A stretch of DNA of 35,696 nt from a virus. Its lineage: Duplodnaviria > Caudoviricetes. The translations under genes and the position numbers were made by a program. Of the stretch, positions 1 through 9,184 are shown one piece after another (the stretch's first letter is position 1; each line of letters starts with the position of its first letter). The stretch covers positions 1 to 35,696 of IMG/VR virus record IMGVR_UViG_3300005403_000111. One strand, given 5' to 3'. The notes under the pieces were generated by a model. It was not told the DNA's origin, did not search any database, and worked only from the letters and a program-made list of their open reading frames with translations.

Positions 1-1461
<1,461 letters not shown>

Positions 1462-1569
1462 TTATAAATTGCAATGAAGGTAATCCCTCATTATTTGTTC
1501 ATAAAAGGAGTGTATCCTTTTATTTTGCTCTACACCGCTAAATGGGCTAAAGCACTACACACTCTTGTA

Positions 1570-1833
1570 TCAAAATTTTATAATTCCAAAAATATCATCA
1601 GTTTCTAAAACTAGAAACTTCTCGCCGTCAAGTGAAATTTCATTGCCTGAGAATTTTCCAAAAACTACAACTTCACCGCAAGCCAACTCACTAACCTCTG
1701 CGCTTACTGCTATAACCTTCCCTTTTGAAGGTTTTTCTTGTGCATTATCAGGAATAATAATACCACTGCTTGTAGTATTTGCCTCTTCTTCTCTTTGTAC
1801 TAGGACTCTTTTGCCTAATGGTTGAAAATTCAT
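1570..1833 (-). CDS. groES: Co-chaperonin GroES
   Basis: [12 protein letters not shown]...[15 protein letters not shown]...DIFGII; SD AAGGAG upstream. Confidence 0.98.
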   Translation of the reverse strand: MNFQPLGKRVLVQREEEANTTSSGIIIPDNAQEKPSKGKVIAVSAEVSELACGEVVVFGKFSGNEISLDGEKFLVLETDDIFGIIKF

Positions 1834-1868
1834 ATAAAACTCCTTAAATAATATTGTTTACGCGCGCA

Positions 1869-1897
1869 ATTTTACATAAATAAGGTAACAAAGTCAA
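1869..1897 (-). promoter_or_regulatory. Sigma70 promoter of groESL
   Basis: TTGACT (1897-1892), 17-bp spacer, TAAAAT (1874-1869) on the minus strand. Confidence 0.75.
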
Positions 1898-1900
1898 TAT

Positions 1901-1921
1901 CCTTAGTCGCAGAGACTAAGG
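1901..1921. promoter_or_regulatory. HAIR-like inverted repeat (putative HspR heat-shock repressor operator)
   Basis: Perfect IR CCTTAGTC-N5-GACTAAGG, i.e. CCTTAGT-N7-ACTAAGG, the same length and AGT-N7-ACT core as HAIR (CTTGAGT-N7-ACTCAAG). Lies just upstream of the groES -35. Confidence 0.6.
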
Positions 1922-1946
1922 CTTGTTTATAGAATATTGTACAAAC

Positions 1947-2035
1947 GCTTATGAAATGTTAGTAATTTGCTTATGAAATGTTAGTACGCAGATAAATCAA
2001 CTCTTTTTATCCTATTTCACTCACATTTCATAAGC
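1947..2035. repeat. Transposase-binding sites at the mom/dam-side (R-like) end
   Basis: GCTTATGAAATGTTAGTA at 1947-1964 and 1969-1986, plus an inverted copy GCTTATGAAATGTGAGTG at 2035-2018. Same layout as Mu R1, R2 and inverted R3. Confidence 0.85.
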
Positions 2036-2039
2036 AAAA

Positions 2040-2684
2040 CTAAAACTTTTGAAACAACCCTTTTACCTCTCCAACTACTTGAAACTCATCCAACTTTACA
2101 TTATTGTACTCTTCGTTGGTGCTAGACATATAATAGTGTGGACCTTGAGCTTTTATTCTCTTTACATGTAAGCCGTCTGAAGTATGGATTAGATAAACAC
2201 CTGGTCTATTTATGTCCACCTTACTTTTATCCACAAACACCAAACTTCCGTCTTTAATATCAGGCTCCATGGAGTCTCCAAACACCTGTAAGACTTCAGT
2301 GTATTTATAGCTGCTATTTATGTAATCTATCAGCTGCTTATCTATGACCAATGAGGTTAAATCTATTTCATAGTTTATAGCACCGCCTCCAGCTGAAGCG
2401 ATGATGGATTTTTGATACTTGAGTATGATGTAATCTGATGTGGCTTCAATGAGAGTTTCTGGCAGTTGATTGAAGAAAAACCAATTTATAGATATTTTTC
2501 TTTTTGCTAAAAATATCATTATTTCAGGGTATGGTATCAAACCGTTGCGGCTCTTTTGCTTTCTGAATCTGTCATAATTTATCTCAAGAGCTTTGGCAAT
2601 ATCCTTATCTAATATCTTTTTATTGTCAAGCTCTTGTGACAAGATGTCTTTTAATTTTTCTATAATTTCATCAATTTTTATCAT
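2040..2684 (-). CDS. HTH + S24 peptidase (CI/LexA-like) transcriptional regulator
   Basis: N-terminal HTH-like helices; ASAGGG cleavage-site region; catalytic motifs GDSMEP and VKRI. Confidence 0.85.
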   Translation of the reverse strand: MIKIDEIIEKLKDILSQELDNKKILDKDIAKALEINYDRFRKQKSRNGLIPYPEIMIFLAKRKISINWFFFNQLPETLIEATSDYIILKYQKSIIASAGGGAINYEIDLTSLVIDKQLIDYINSSYKYTEVLQVFGDSMEPDIKDGSLVFVDKSKVDINRPGVYLIHTSDGLHVKRIKAQGPHYYMSSTNEEYNNVKLDEFQVVGEVKGLFQKF

Positions 2685-2696
2685 GCAAAATTATAT

Positions 2697-3479
2697 TCAA
2701 TAGTTTGTAATAAACACCTCTTTAACGCTCTTATTTTTTCCATGCACATTTTTCCCTAGCGTATATTCAATCTCTTTTGTGGCTCTTATATTGAAGTCTT
2801 TATACAGCTCTCTGACTAGCTCACAGTCATTATATGAGAGTAAAAATTTGCCTTTCATATTTGATAAAAGTGTTGCCAACTGTTTGTGTTCTTCTACTCC
2901 GAACCCACCCGTATTTTTATAGTAACTCTCGGTTGAAACATAAGGAGGGTCTATATAAAAAAATGTCTCTTGTTTATCATAGAGTGGGATAAGCTCTTGA
3001 AAAGATTTGTTTTCAATCGTCACACCTTTAAGTCTATCCGACCATTTTTTATAGGACTTGTATATATCCTTTGGTCTGCGTCCGGACTTTGCACTCATCG
3101 CAAAATTGTCGCCCTTTGAACCGAAACTCTGCACTAGTTGATACAGATAAAAAGCTGCCGCTTCAATGTTATTTCTCGGCTTTAATCTTTTATATCTAAT
3201 GTCTTCAAATATTTCTCTTGAGATAAGCATTTGATTTAAATAAAAAGAGAGTGTTTGAGGATTTGTTCTTATAGATCTATGTAGATTGATTAGATCAGAA
3301 TTAATGTCATTCACGACTTCTAGTTTTGATTTATCTTTGGCATAAAACACACTGAGTGCGCCGCCAAATACTTCTACATAGGTCGTGTGATCATGAGGAA
3401 TTAAATTTACTATATCCGTAGCAAGTTTAGACTTACCACCTACCCATCCAAAGGGTGCTTTTAACTTTGTTGACTGCAT
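2697..3479 (-). CDS. D12-class N6-adenine DNA methyltransferase (Dam-like), at the Mu mom position
   Basis: PFGWVGGKSKLA, YVEVFGGAL and YIDPPY motifs. ATG 3479 follows SD AAGGA (the ORF track starts at 3497). Confidence 0.9.
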   Translation of the reverse strand: MQSTKLKAPFGWVGGKSKLATDIVNLIPHDHTTYVEVFGGALSVFYAKDKSKLEVVNDINSDLINLHRSIRTNPQTLSFYLNQMLISREIFEDIRYKRLKPRNNIEAAAFYLYQLVQSFGSKGDNFAMSAKSGRRPKDIYKSYKKWSDRLKGVTIENKSFQELIPLYDKQETFFYIDPPYVSTESYYKNTGGFGVEEHKQLATLLSNMKGKFLLSYNDCELVRELYKDFNIRATKEIEYTLGKNVHGKNKSVKEVFITNY

Positions 3480-3602
3480 CGCTTTTCCTTGTACCAAAAA
3501 GTCACTTTTCCTTAAGTAAGTGTATATTCTTGGTTAAAATTTTTGTATCAGTCAGCTTAGGGATGGGTTGGCTGTGGCTTTATTCTTCTTTAGATTTAAA
3601 AA

Positions 3603-3851
3603 CTATCTGCAAATCTCACTATTGATCTTCAATGTTCTTGCATAGTTCTTTTGAGCTTCATAATTTTTCAATACCTTTGATACGATACATCCGTAGTCAT
3701 TGTCTGCACACGGTTCGTAATCAATCTCAGGTTCTGGAGTCTGAGGCACTATACACTTTTGCGGAACTAATACAGGCTTACACTCTTTTTCTGCACATCC
3801 GCTAAAAGTTATAAGTGTTAAGATAGCCAAGAGCATCGTTACATGTCGCAT
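3603..3851 (-). CDS. Lipoprotein, probable o-spanin (Rz1-like)
   Basis: Signal peptide with lipobox FSG-C, Pro/Cys-rich, overlaps the end of the upstream i-spanin-like gene. Confidence 0.7.
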   Translation of the reverse strand: MRHVTMLLAILTLITFSGCAEKECKPVLVPQKCIVPQTPEPEIDYEPCADNDYGCIVSKVLKNYEAQKNYARTLKINSEICR

Positions 3852-4149
3852 TGTTTTCCTTCCATTTTTCTATGATTTTTACTTTTGTTTTGTACTCTAT
3901 TTTTACTCTTTGTTGTTGCTCTTTGGCAGTTTGTAGGTTTGCCTCGTAAGTTGCACGGCTTGTTTCTATTATAGATGATTGAAGTGCTAGAGCGTTTTGT
4001 ATCTCTCTTCGCTCCGACTGCTCTACTTTGATATCTGCTTTAAGCAGATAGACCCAACCTGCTAACGACATCGATGTCGCTACCAAAATGCCAATAATCC
4101 ATAATGACCCTTTACCAGTAGCGAAACTGAGCAGATTGAATGCTCCCAT
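3802..4149 (-). CDS. Probable i-spanin (Rz-like)
   Basis: N-terminal TM segment (WIIGILVATSMSLAGWVYLL) followed by coiled coil. Likely start is ATG 4149 after GGAGGGG. Follows the endolysin. Confidence 0.65.
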   Translation of the reverse strand: MGAFNLLSFATGKGSLWIIGILVATSMSLAGWVYLLKADIKVEQSERREIQNALALQSSIIETSRATYEANLQTAKEQQQRVKIEYKTKVKIIEKWKENNATCNDALGYLNTYNF

Positions 4150-4687
4150 AATCCCCTCCATATTTATAGATCTTCTGTGAGTAGTCGTAGTTGATTTCGC
4201 AATTACTTCTACATGTCTTTTTGCCTTTATAAGTAAAACACGATTCTCCTCTGCGGCATTGTTCCTTTGCCTTTTGCCAATCCTCAATGCCGGCACGGTT
4301 TATCTCTTTGAGAACCAAACCGCCGCCGTTGTATTTCTGGTAAGTAACCCACAAGCCCTGTTTAGAATTATGCAAAGAGTGCATGATGATCGCTTGAGCC
4401 TTGAGCTGGTCGCCTATGGCTTTTATCCCGATTATCCCTGCCTCTTTGAGCGGTTTTTGCCACACTCTGTAGGTTATCTGAGGTAAACCCTCACTTCCTA
4501 CACCGTCAAAAGATAAAATGTTTCTGCATCCGCTCTCTTGAACGAGTTGCGCTACACCGTATTGATAAGGATAGTTCACTCCAAAGACGGTGTAGTGAGC
4601 CTTTCGTACATCTTGCACATAACTTGCGCATCTATCCGCAAACAGGGTGACCGATAATAAGAACAAAAACAAAAGAGTTTTCATCAT
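4112..4687 (-). CDS. Endolysin, SLT-type lytic transglycosylase with N-terminal signal peptide
   Basis: QLVQESG, GLPQI and YNGG match SLT motifs I-III. Start MMKTLLFLFLLSVTLFA overlaps the holin stop (ATGA at 4687-4684). Confidence 0.8.
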   Translation of the reverse strand: MMKTLLFLFLLSVTLFADRCASYVQDVRKAHYTVFGVNYPYQYGVAQLVQESGCRNILSFDGVGSEGLPQITYRVWQKPLKEAGIIGIKAIGDQLKAQAIIMHSLHNSKQGLWVTYQKYNGGGLVLKEINRAGIEDWQKAKEQCRRGESCFTYKGKKTCRSNCEINYDYSQKIYKYGGDYGSIQSAQFRYW

Positions 4688-4959
4688 CCGCCAATCGCAA
4701 AACAAGAAGGAATGACTAAGTAAAATCCCAAAGCAAAGAGCGAGAGCTGCCACTTCTCATCGTTCTCGAAATCAACTTTTGGAAGAAAACTCACAACTGC
4801 TATATGCCCCAAAAGAAACCCAGCAGATACAAGCAACACCTTCATCGCCACCAACTGCAACGGAGGCAAAAGCAACTCATAAATTCCACTCACAAATGTG
4901 ATCAACGCCAATACCGATAAGATGAGTAATACACCTACTTTTTTAATTTCTTGTTTCAT
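4684..4959 (-). CDS. Putative holin
   Basis: 91 aa with three hydrophobic segments, immediately upstream of the endolysin. Confidence 0.7.
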   Translation of the reverse strand: MKQEIKKVGVLLILSVLALITFVSGIYELLLPPLQLVAMKVLLVSAGFLLGHIAVVSFLPKVDFENDEKWQLSLFALGFYLVIPSCFAIGG

Positions 4960-5347
4960 CTTTCACCTCCGTAAAATTAAATGAACTATCCCCAAACTCA
5001 ACTACGAAGTTGTAGTAGGTTATAGCTCTGTGTCTCGCCAACCAATGCGGATACACCGCACACTTTAGTTTGTCAAGCCGTCCGACTTGCTTTACTATCG
5101 TGTAGCTGTTTATGATCTCTAATGTATTTTCAAGCAGCTCAAGGTCTGCGATATCTTTATCCTCTTGCGTACCTCCGATTCCATAACGGTGGTCGTGAGG
5201 GCAGCACGCTTCTCTTATGGGTAGCATGTAGATAGTATCCGGAACTAGCTTCTTGTTCCATCCGCTGCCACATCCGTCGCACTCCGCCTTTGGAGTATAG
5301 TCGGGGTGAACGCTTAAAACTGCGCCTGAGGGGAATTTATAATTCAT
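4943..5347 (-). CDS. Phage protein with phospholipase A2-like C-x-x-H-D-x-x-Y motif
   Basis: DGCGSG...EACCPHDHRYGIGG...DKDIADLELLEN. Confidence 0.55.
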   Translation of the reverse strand: MNYKFPSGAVLSVHPDYTPKAECDGCGSGWNKKLVPDTIYMLPIREACCPHDHRYGIGGTQEDKDIADLELLENTLEIINSYTIVKQVGRLDKLKCAVYPHWLARHRAITYYNFVVEFGDSSFNFTEVKDETRN

Positions 5348-5715
5348 CCTGCCACCACCTTGCTTGCTTCAATGAAAAACTCGTCTATATACGCATCATC
5401 CCAACCCATAACAGAGGCTATGGCTGCGATAAGGGTGTTGTCTCTCTCAAAGTCGGTTACATTTTTATAGATGATGTTCATCTCAGGACTTTGTACGATT
5501 ATTGCTTCAACTTGCTCAAGTAGATCGCGACGGTGGAGTACGACTTGCCCTCTCCATTTCTTTATAGATTGAGGGATATCCGGAGTAATTTCTAGTGTAT
5601 ATGCTTTTTCAGGGTCACACCATCCTCCAAGGGAGCTATACCAGCTTCCGTCGATGTAAGTAATTTCTTCGTGCGTTTTGGCTAGCAGATCCGTACCATT
5701 CTTTAATATATACAT
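5344..5715 (-). CDS. Tail-fibre-associated hypothetical protein
   Basis: Directly after the tail fibre/RBP gene. The C-terminal pattern (F.R...LI..IA..MGW.D..IDEFF..A) is common beside phage tail fibres. Confidence 0.5.
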   Translation of the reverse strand: MYILKNGTDLLAKTHEEITYIDGSWYSSLGGWCDPEKAYTLEITPDIPQSIKKWRGQVVLHRRDLLEQVEAIIVQSPEMNIIYKNVTDFERDNTLIAAIASVMGWDDAYIDEFFIEASKVVAG

Positions 5716-5718
5716 AGG

Positions 5719-7278
5719 TTACACCTTAATCCCAAACATAGTAGCTTTATTTCCTACTACTACTCCACGATTGCCATAGGGAACTGCTGCTCTTAAATCA
5801 AACGCACCTATAAGAGAATAGTTGCTATTTAGCGTTGCTTCTCCCTCGACCAGCACGCCAACATCTCCGCCAGCAGCTGCCGTTGAAGTAGCTACCCCAA
5901 TTACAGATTGCTTACCTGCATTTATAACTCGTCTGCAAAGGTTATAAGAGTTTGCCGAATAAGCCCCGGACAAATATAGTTCTCCTTTATGTCTAATTAC
6001 AGAAGAAGCAATTGGTGACCCATTACTTGATACTATTGTTAAAGCTACTCCTGCACTTACGAATGTAGGAGTAATAAAGTACACCCTTAAATTAAAAGAA
6101 CTGTCATAAAGTTGACAGAACACTACATAGCCATTTGGAACCTCAGAAATAAATAAATTGGACGAGATATATCCTGTAGATGCAGAAATAGTAATATCAA
6201 AATTTCCAGATTTTATCAAAGCCAAATCTTGAGTAAACAACCCGAAATAAACAATAGAGCCATATACACACGATACCAATAGATTGCCCTCAGCCGTAAG
6301 CAATATATCCGCAACGAGTGCAAAATAGGTATATACAACCTTTGAAGAGATAAGCGTATTGGTAGGCGATATTTTATAAATCTTAACAGTTGAAGCATTA
6401 TTTGCAACAACATAGATATTTGCTCCTACACTTTGAATGTTTCGTATCGTGGAGGCTTTTAACAACAACCAAGAATTTGCTGTAGATATTTGCAACTCTG
6501 CTCCGATAGCTACTCCCTCCTTGGTGAACTGCTTTGTAAATGTCGTTAAACCGGCTTTGGCATATAGCGCTAGAATATTTCCATTTGCCAAAAATTTTAC
6601 TCTTGAGTAATTACCGCCTGAGCTTGTTGATAATTGTATTGCAGTACCTATCACATTCCCGGAGTAGTCCAAGATTGTTAAATAATTTCCCGATGCCGTA
6701 TCATAGGAAATTGCAATGCGGTCAACTCCGTTAGATGATACTGAAACCCCTCCTTCGCCTATGACAAAAGTTCCCAAAGAAGTTAATGCCTTTATAACAG
6801 TTCCGTCTTTGCCTCTGATCGTAAACTGAAGCGCAGCATTGTTTGTTGTCGTTGATAGATGGATAAAAGAGGACTCATTTAGTTTTTCCAACCCAGATAA
6901 TGTCAATCCCGTGCCTGTAGTCACATTGGTTTTCGTATCAGTACCAAAGCTATAAAACCCAGCGTTTGTAGTGGTTGTTGTACCATTGCCTGTATATGCC
7001 AAAAACTCGTTACCATCAGCGAAAAGAATATGATTTGACAAATAACGATTATATTCAGGGTGCATATACCCAGTTGTTCCAAGCGGAGTGACTACCGTAG
7101 AGCTTACAACATCATCCACCGTTCTGTTTGGTACATTATTTGTTGAAGATACAAACCCAACCTTTCCACTTGCTCCGCTAGCTACAATATCTCCTATGGC
7201 TAAATCGTCCATAGTTTTCATTGTTACGATGTTTGCAGGTACTGCACCTGCTGCGGTTTCGCTTAAACTTCTTCCCAT
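5719..7278 (-). CDS. Tail fibre / receptor-binding protein, beta-rich
   Basis: 519 aa, S/T/G/N-rich beta-strand repeats; last large gene of the tail module. Confidence 0.65.
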   Translation of the reverse strand: MGRSLSETAAGAVPANIVTMKTMDDLAIGDIVASGASGKVGFVSSTNNVPNRTVDDVVSSTVVTPLGTTGYMHPEYNRYLSNHILFADGNEFLAYTGNGTTTTTNAGFYSFGTDTKTNVTTGTGLTLSGLEKLNESSFIHLSTTTNNAALQFTIRGKDGTVIKALTSLGTFVIGEGGVSVSSNGVDRIAISYDTASGNYLTILDYSGNVIGTAIQLSTSSGGNYSRVKFLANGNILALYAKAGLTTFTKQFTKEGVAIGAELQISTANSWLLLKASTIRNIQSVGANIYVVANNASTVKIYKISPTNTLISSKVVYTYFALVADILLTAEGNLLVSCVYGSIVYFGLFTQDLALIKSGNFDITISASTGYISSNLFISEVPNGYVVFCQLYDSSFNLRVYFITPTFVSAGVALTIVSSNGSPIASSVIRHKGELYLSGAYSANSYNLCRRVINAGKQSVIGVATSTAAAGGDVGVLVEGEATLNSNYSLIGAFDLRAAVPYGNRGVVVGNKATMFGIKV

Positions 7279-7280
7279 AA

Positions 7281-7592
7281 TTATTCCTCCATTCCGTGTA
7301 ATCTAAATGCGACATTTGTAGCACTTGCGTAAACCACAACATTCTCTCCGGCTTCTAAAGCCAATGCACTTCTCTCAAGTACTCCATTCGCAGGAATACT
7401 TACATCGTACTCCACATACTCACCTATTGTCGGTGTTGCAGTAGCACTTATAGCTACTCGCACTGTTACGGCAGTAACATTTGTGTTGCACACATTTAGT
7501 ACGGCTACAGTGCTTTTTAGTGCCGGAACTGTGTAAAGTGTTGTATTTGTTGTTGCAGCTGGTGCAGCCACTCCTAATTTTTTTGTTGCCAT
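7281..7592 (-). CDS. Small virion structural protein
   Basis: All-beta composition (TTLYTVPA...VLNVCN...YDVSIPANG); tightly coupled within the tail operon. Confidence 0.6.
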   Translation of the reverse strand: MATKKLGVAAPAATTNTTLYTVPALKSTVAVLNVCNTNVTAVTVRVAISATATPTIGEYVEYDVSIPANGVLERSALALEAGENVVVYASATNVAFRLHGMEE

Positions 7593-8243
7593 TTAAAAAC
7601 CTCCATAGAAAAATGATTTAAAGCTTAGAGCCTGAATTGATGTATCGACTTCTGTCTTTGTGTATGTTGTGGTTTTATCAGCTTTTAAAATAAGTTGTGC
7701 CGGACTTACCGCTTCTATGAAATTCCACTGCGGTGTATTTGTCTGTGTTATGGGAGAAGTAAGGTTATTGCCTATTTTAGACACATAGTTAAAACCATCC
7801 GTAAAAGTTACACTATCTCCTAAACTGTATCCTTGGATATCATACTCAGCGCTCCAATCCCCTTTATATTTTATAGAATACGCTGCAATAGCTGATGCTT
7901 CAAGTGCTATCTGTGCATTGGCATTAGCATTTTGAATATCCGTTATGTTTAAAACTATTGTATTTATGCTTGCTATATTCTCTGAAACAGTATCTATGTT
8001 TGAATAGTGTGGACTTAATAAAGCTTCCTTGGCTGTAACCATGCCCGCCGCCGATTGCGCCGTTTGCGTAAAACCCTCTATTGCAATAACTGCAGCACCT
8101 ATTTCATCTACGACCGTATTCATTTGTGGCGCATGCGTTACGCTTATATAAGCTAGCCAATTATGTACGCTTAACGCGAAAACTGTCTTATTCATCGTTT
8201 TTTTATCAGGTACAGAACCTTGATATACCGTTAATTTTGTCAT
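7593..8243 (-). CDS. Tail protein with small carbohydrate-binding-like module
   Basis: YKGDW...YSLGDSVTF...YVSK..NN...P...W motif, coiled-coil N-half, tail context. Confidence 0.55.
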   Translation of the reverse strand: MTKLTVYQGSVPDKKTMNKTVFALSVHNWLAYISVTHAPQMNTVVDEIGAAVIAIEGFTQTAQSAAGMVTAKEALLSPHYSNIDTVSENIASINTIVLNITDIQNANANAQIALEASAIAAYSIKYKGDWSAEYDIQGYSLGDSVTFTDGFNYVSKIGNNLTSPITQTNTPQWNFIEAVSPAQLILKADKTTTYTKTEVDTSIQALSFKSFFYGGF

Positions 8244-9184
8244 TGTTTGGATACTCCTATCATTGTGATTTGTGTGTCGATGACATTCGGATTATCGACG
8301 GGAAGAGAGAATTTTTCTATGTATGCGATGTTGTTCATCTCGTTAAACTCATCCATATTTGTCGGTATAAAAAGCATATTTTTCCCTATCATTTTTGAGA
8401 TTTTTTGAGATGTAAGGTTGAACTCCTCTACATCAAAAAGCACTTTTGCGCTAAGTACTCTGACTTGTCCGTATCTTAGAACTTTTCTTGTATGTGTAAA
8501 TTCATCCTCGGCGATGAGGCTTCTATCTTCAAATTCTAGATTTGTTCCATAGAGAGTTATGCCAAGTTCCTTTGCATTTCCAACCGTAAAAGTTCCTATC
8601 TCTACCTCACCCGTAAATGAAAGTTTTAGAGTTGAATTTGGATGCCATGTGAAGTTGTCTATGATCACTCTCGTCACATCTGCGGACTCTGTAAAAAAAT
8701 ACTCTTCAAGACTTAGGCAGTCGATATCTTTGCCGTCAATATCCAGCTCATTTAGCACTTCATCCGTATCGTTGTCTACTTGCTCTATATGTAGTGTTAC
8801 AAACTGAATGTCTATTGTTCCTATCGTGTCCAGCTGGTTAAACTCTAGCTCCATGTATATATCATTTCCTAACGTAGCCACACCGATGCCCTCGTCTATG
8901 GCGAACATTTTGTAACTATTTACAGGTCCAAAGTCAAACCATTTCTTTTTATCCGCAGGCGGAAAAACACCGCTTATGTTGTTGTCGGCACATTTGTAGA
9001 TTCTTTTCAATTCAGGAACGATCACATACTCTTCGGTATTGTAAATTGCACTTGGATCATACGAAGGATATGCTTCATCGGTTATGCCACTCAAAACGGT
9101 TGGAGGTTTGTAGTATTTAACACTGTAAAGAAGTCCGTTATCAAATACGGTAAAAGTCTGCACTAAAGGTTCTGCGTACTTCAT
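8240..9184 (-). CDS. Tail tip / distal tail-like protein
   Basis: Immediately after the tape measure (ATGA overlap); YPSYDPSAIY...RIYKC...W.DFGP.N...MF pattern. Confidence 0.55.
   Translation of the reverse strand: MKYAEPLVQTFTVFDNGLLYSVKYYKPPTVLSGITDEAYPSYDPSAIYNTEEYVIVPELKRIYKCADNNISGVFPPADKKKWFDFGPVNSYKMFAIDEGIGVATLGNDIYMELEFNQLDTIGTIDIQFVTLHIEQVDNDTDEVLNELDIDGKDIDCLSLEEYFFTESADVTRVIIDNFTWHPNSTLKLSFTGEVEIGTFTVGNAKELGITLYGTNLEFEDRSLIAEDEFTHTRKVLRYGQVRVLSAKVLFDVEEFNLTSQKISKMIGKNMLFIPTNMDEFNEMNNIAYIEKFSLPVDNPNVIDTQITMIGVSKQ

Noticed and set aside
1470-1523. Hairpins between groES and groEL (e.g. ATAAAAGGA-N5-TCCTTTTAT, 1501-1523)
   Set aside because: Short AT-rich stems with no further support; probably ordinary mRNA stability elements.
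3600-9184. Invertible G segment or diversity-generating retroelement for host-range switching
   Set aside because: No invertase or reverse transcriptase ORF; no flanking inverted repeats or template/variable repeat pair seen by eye.
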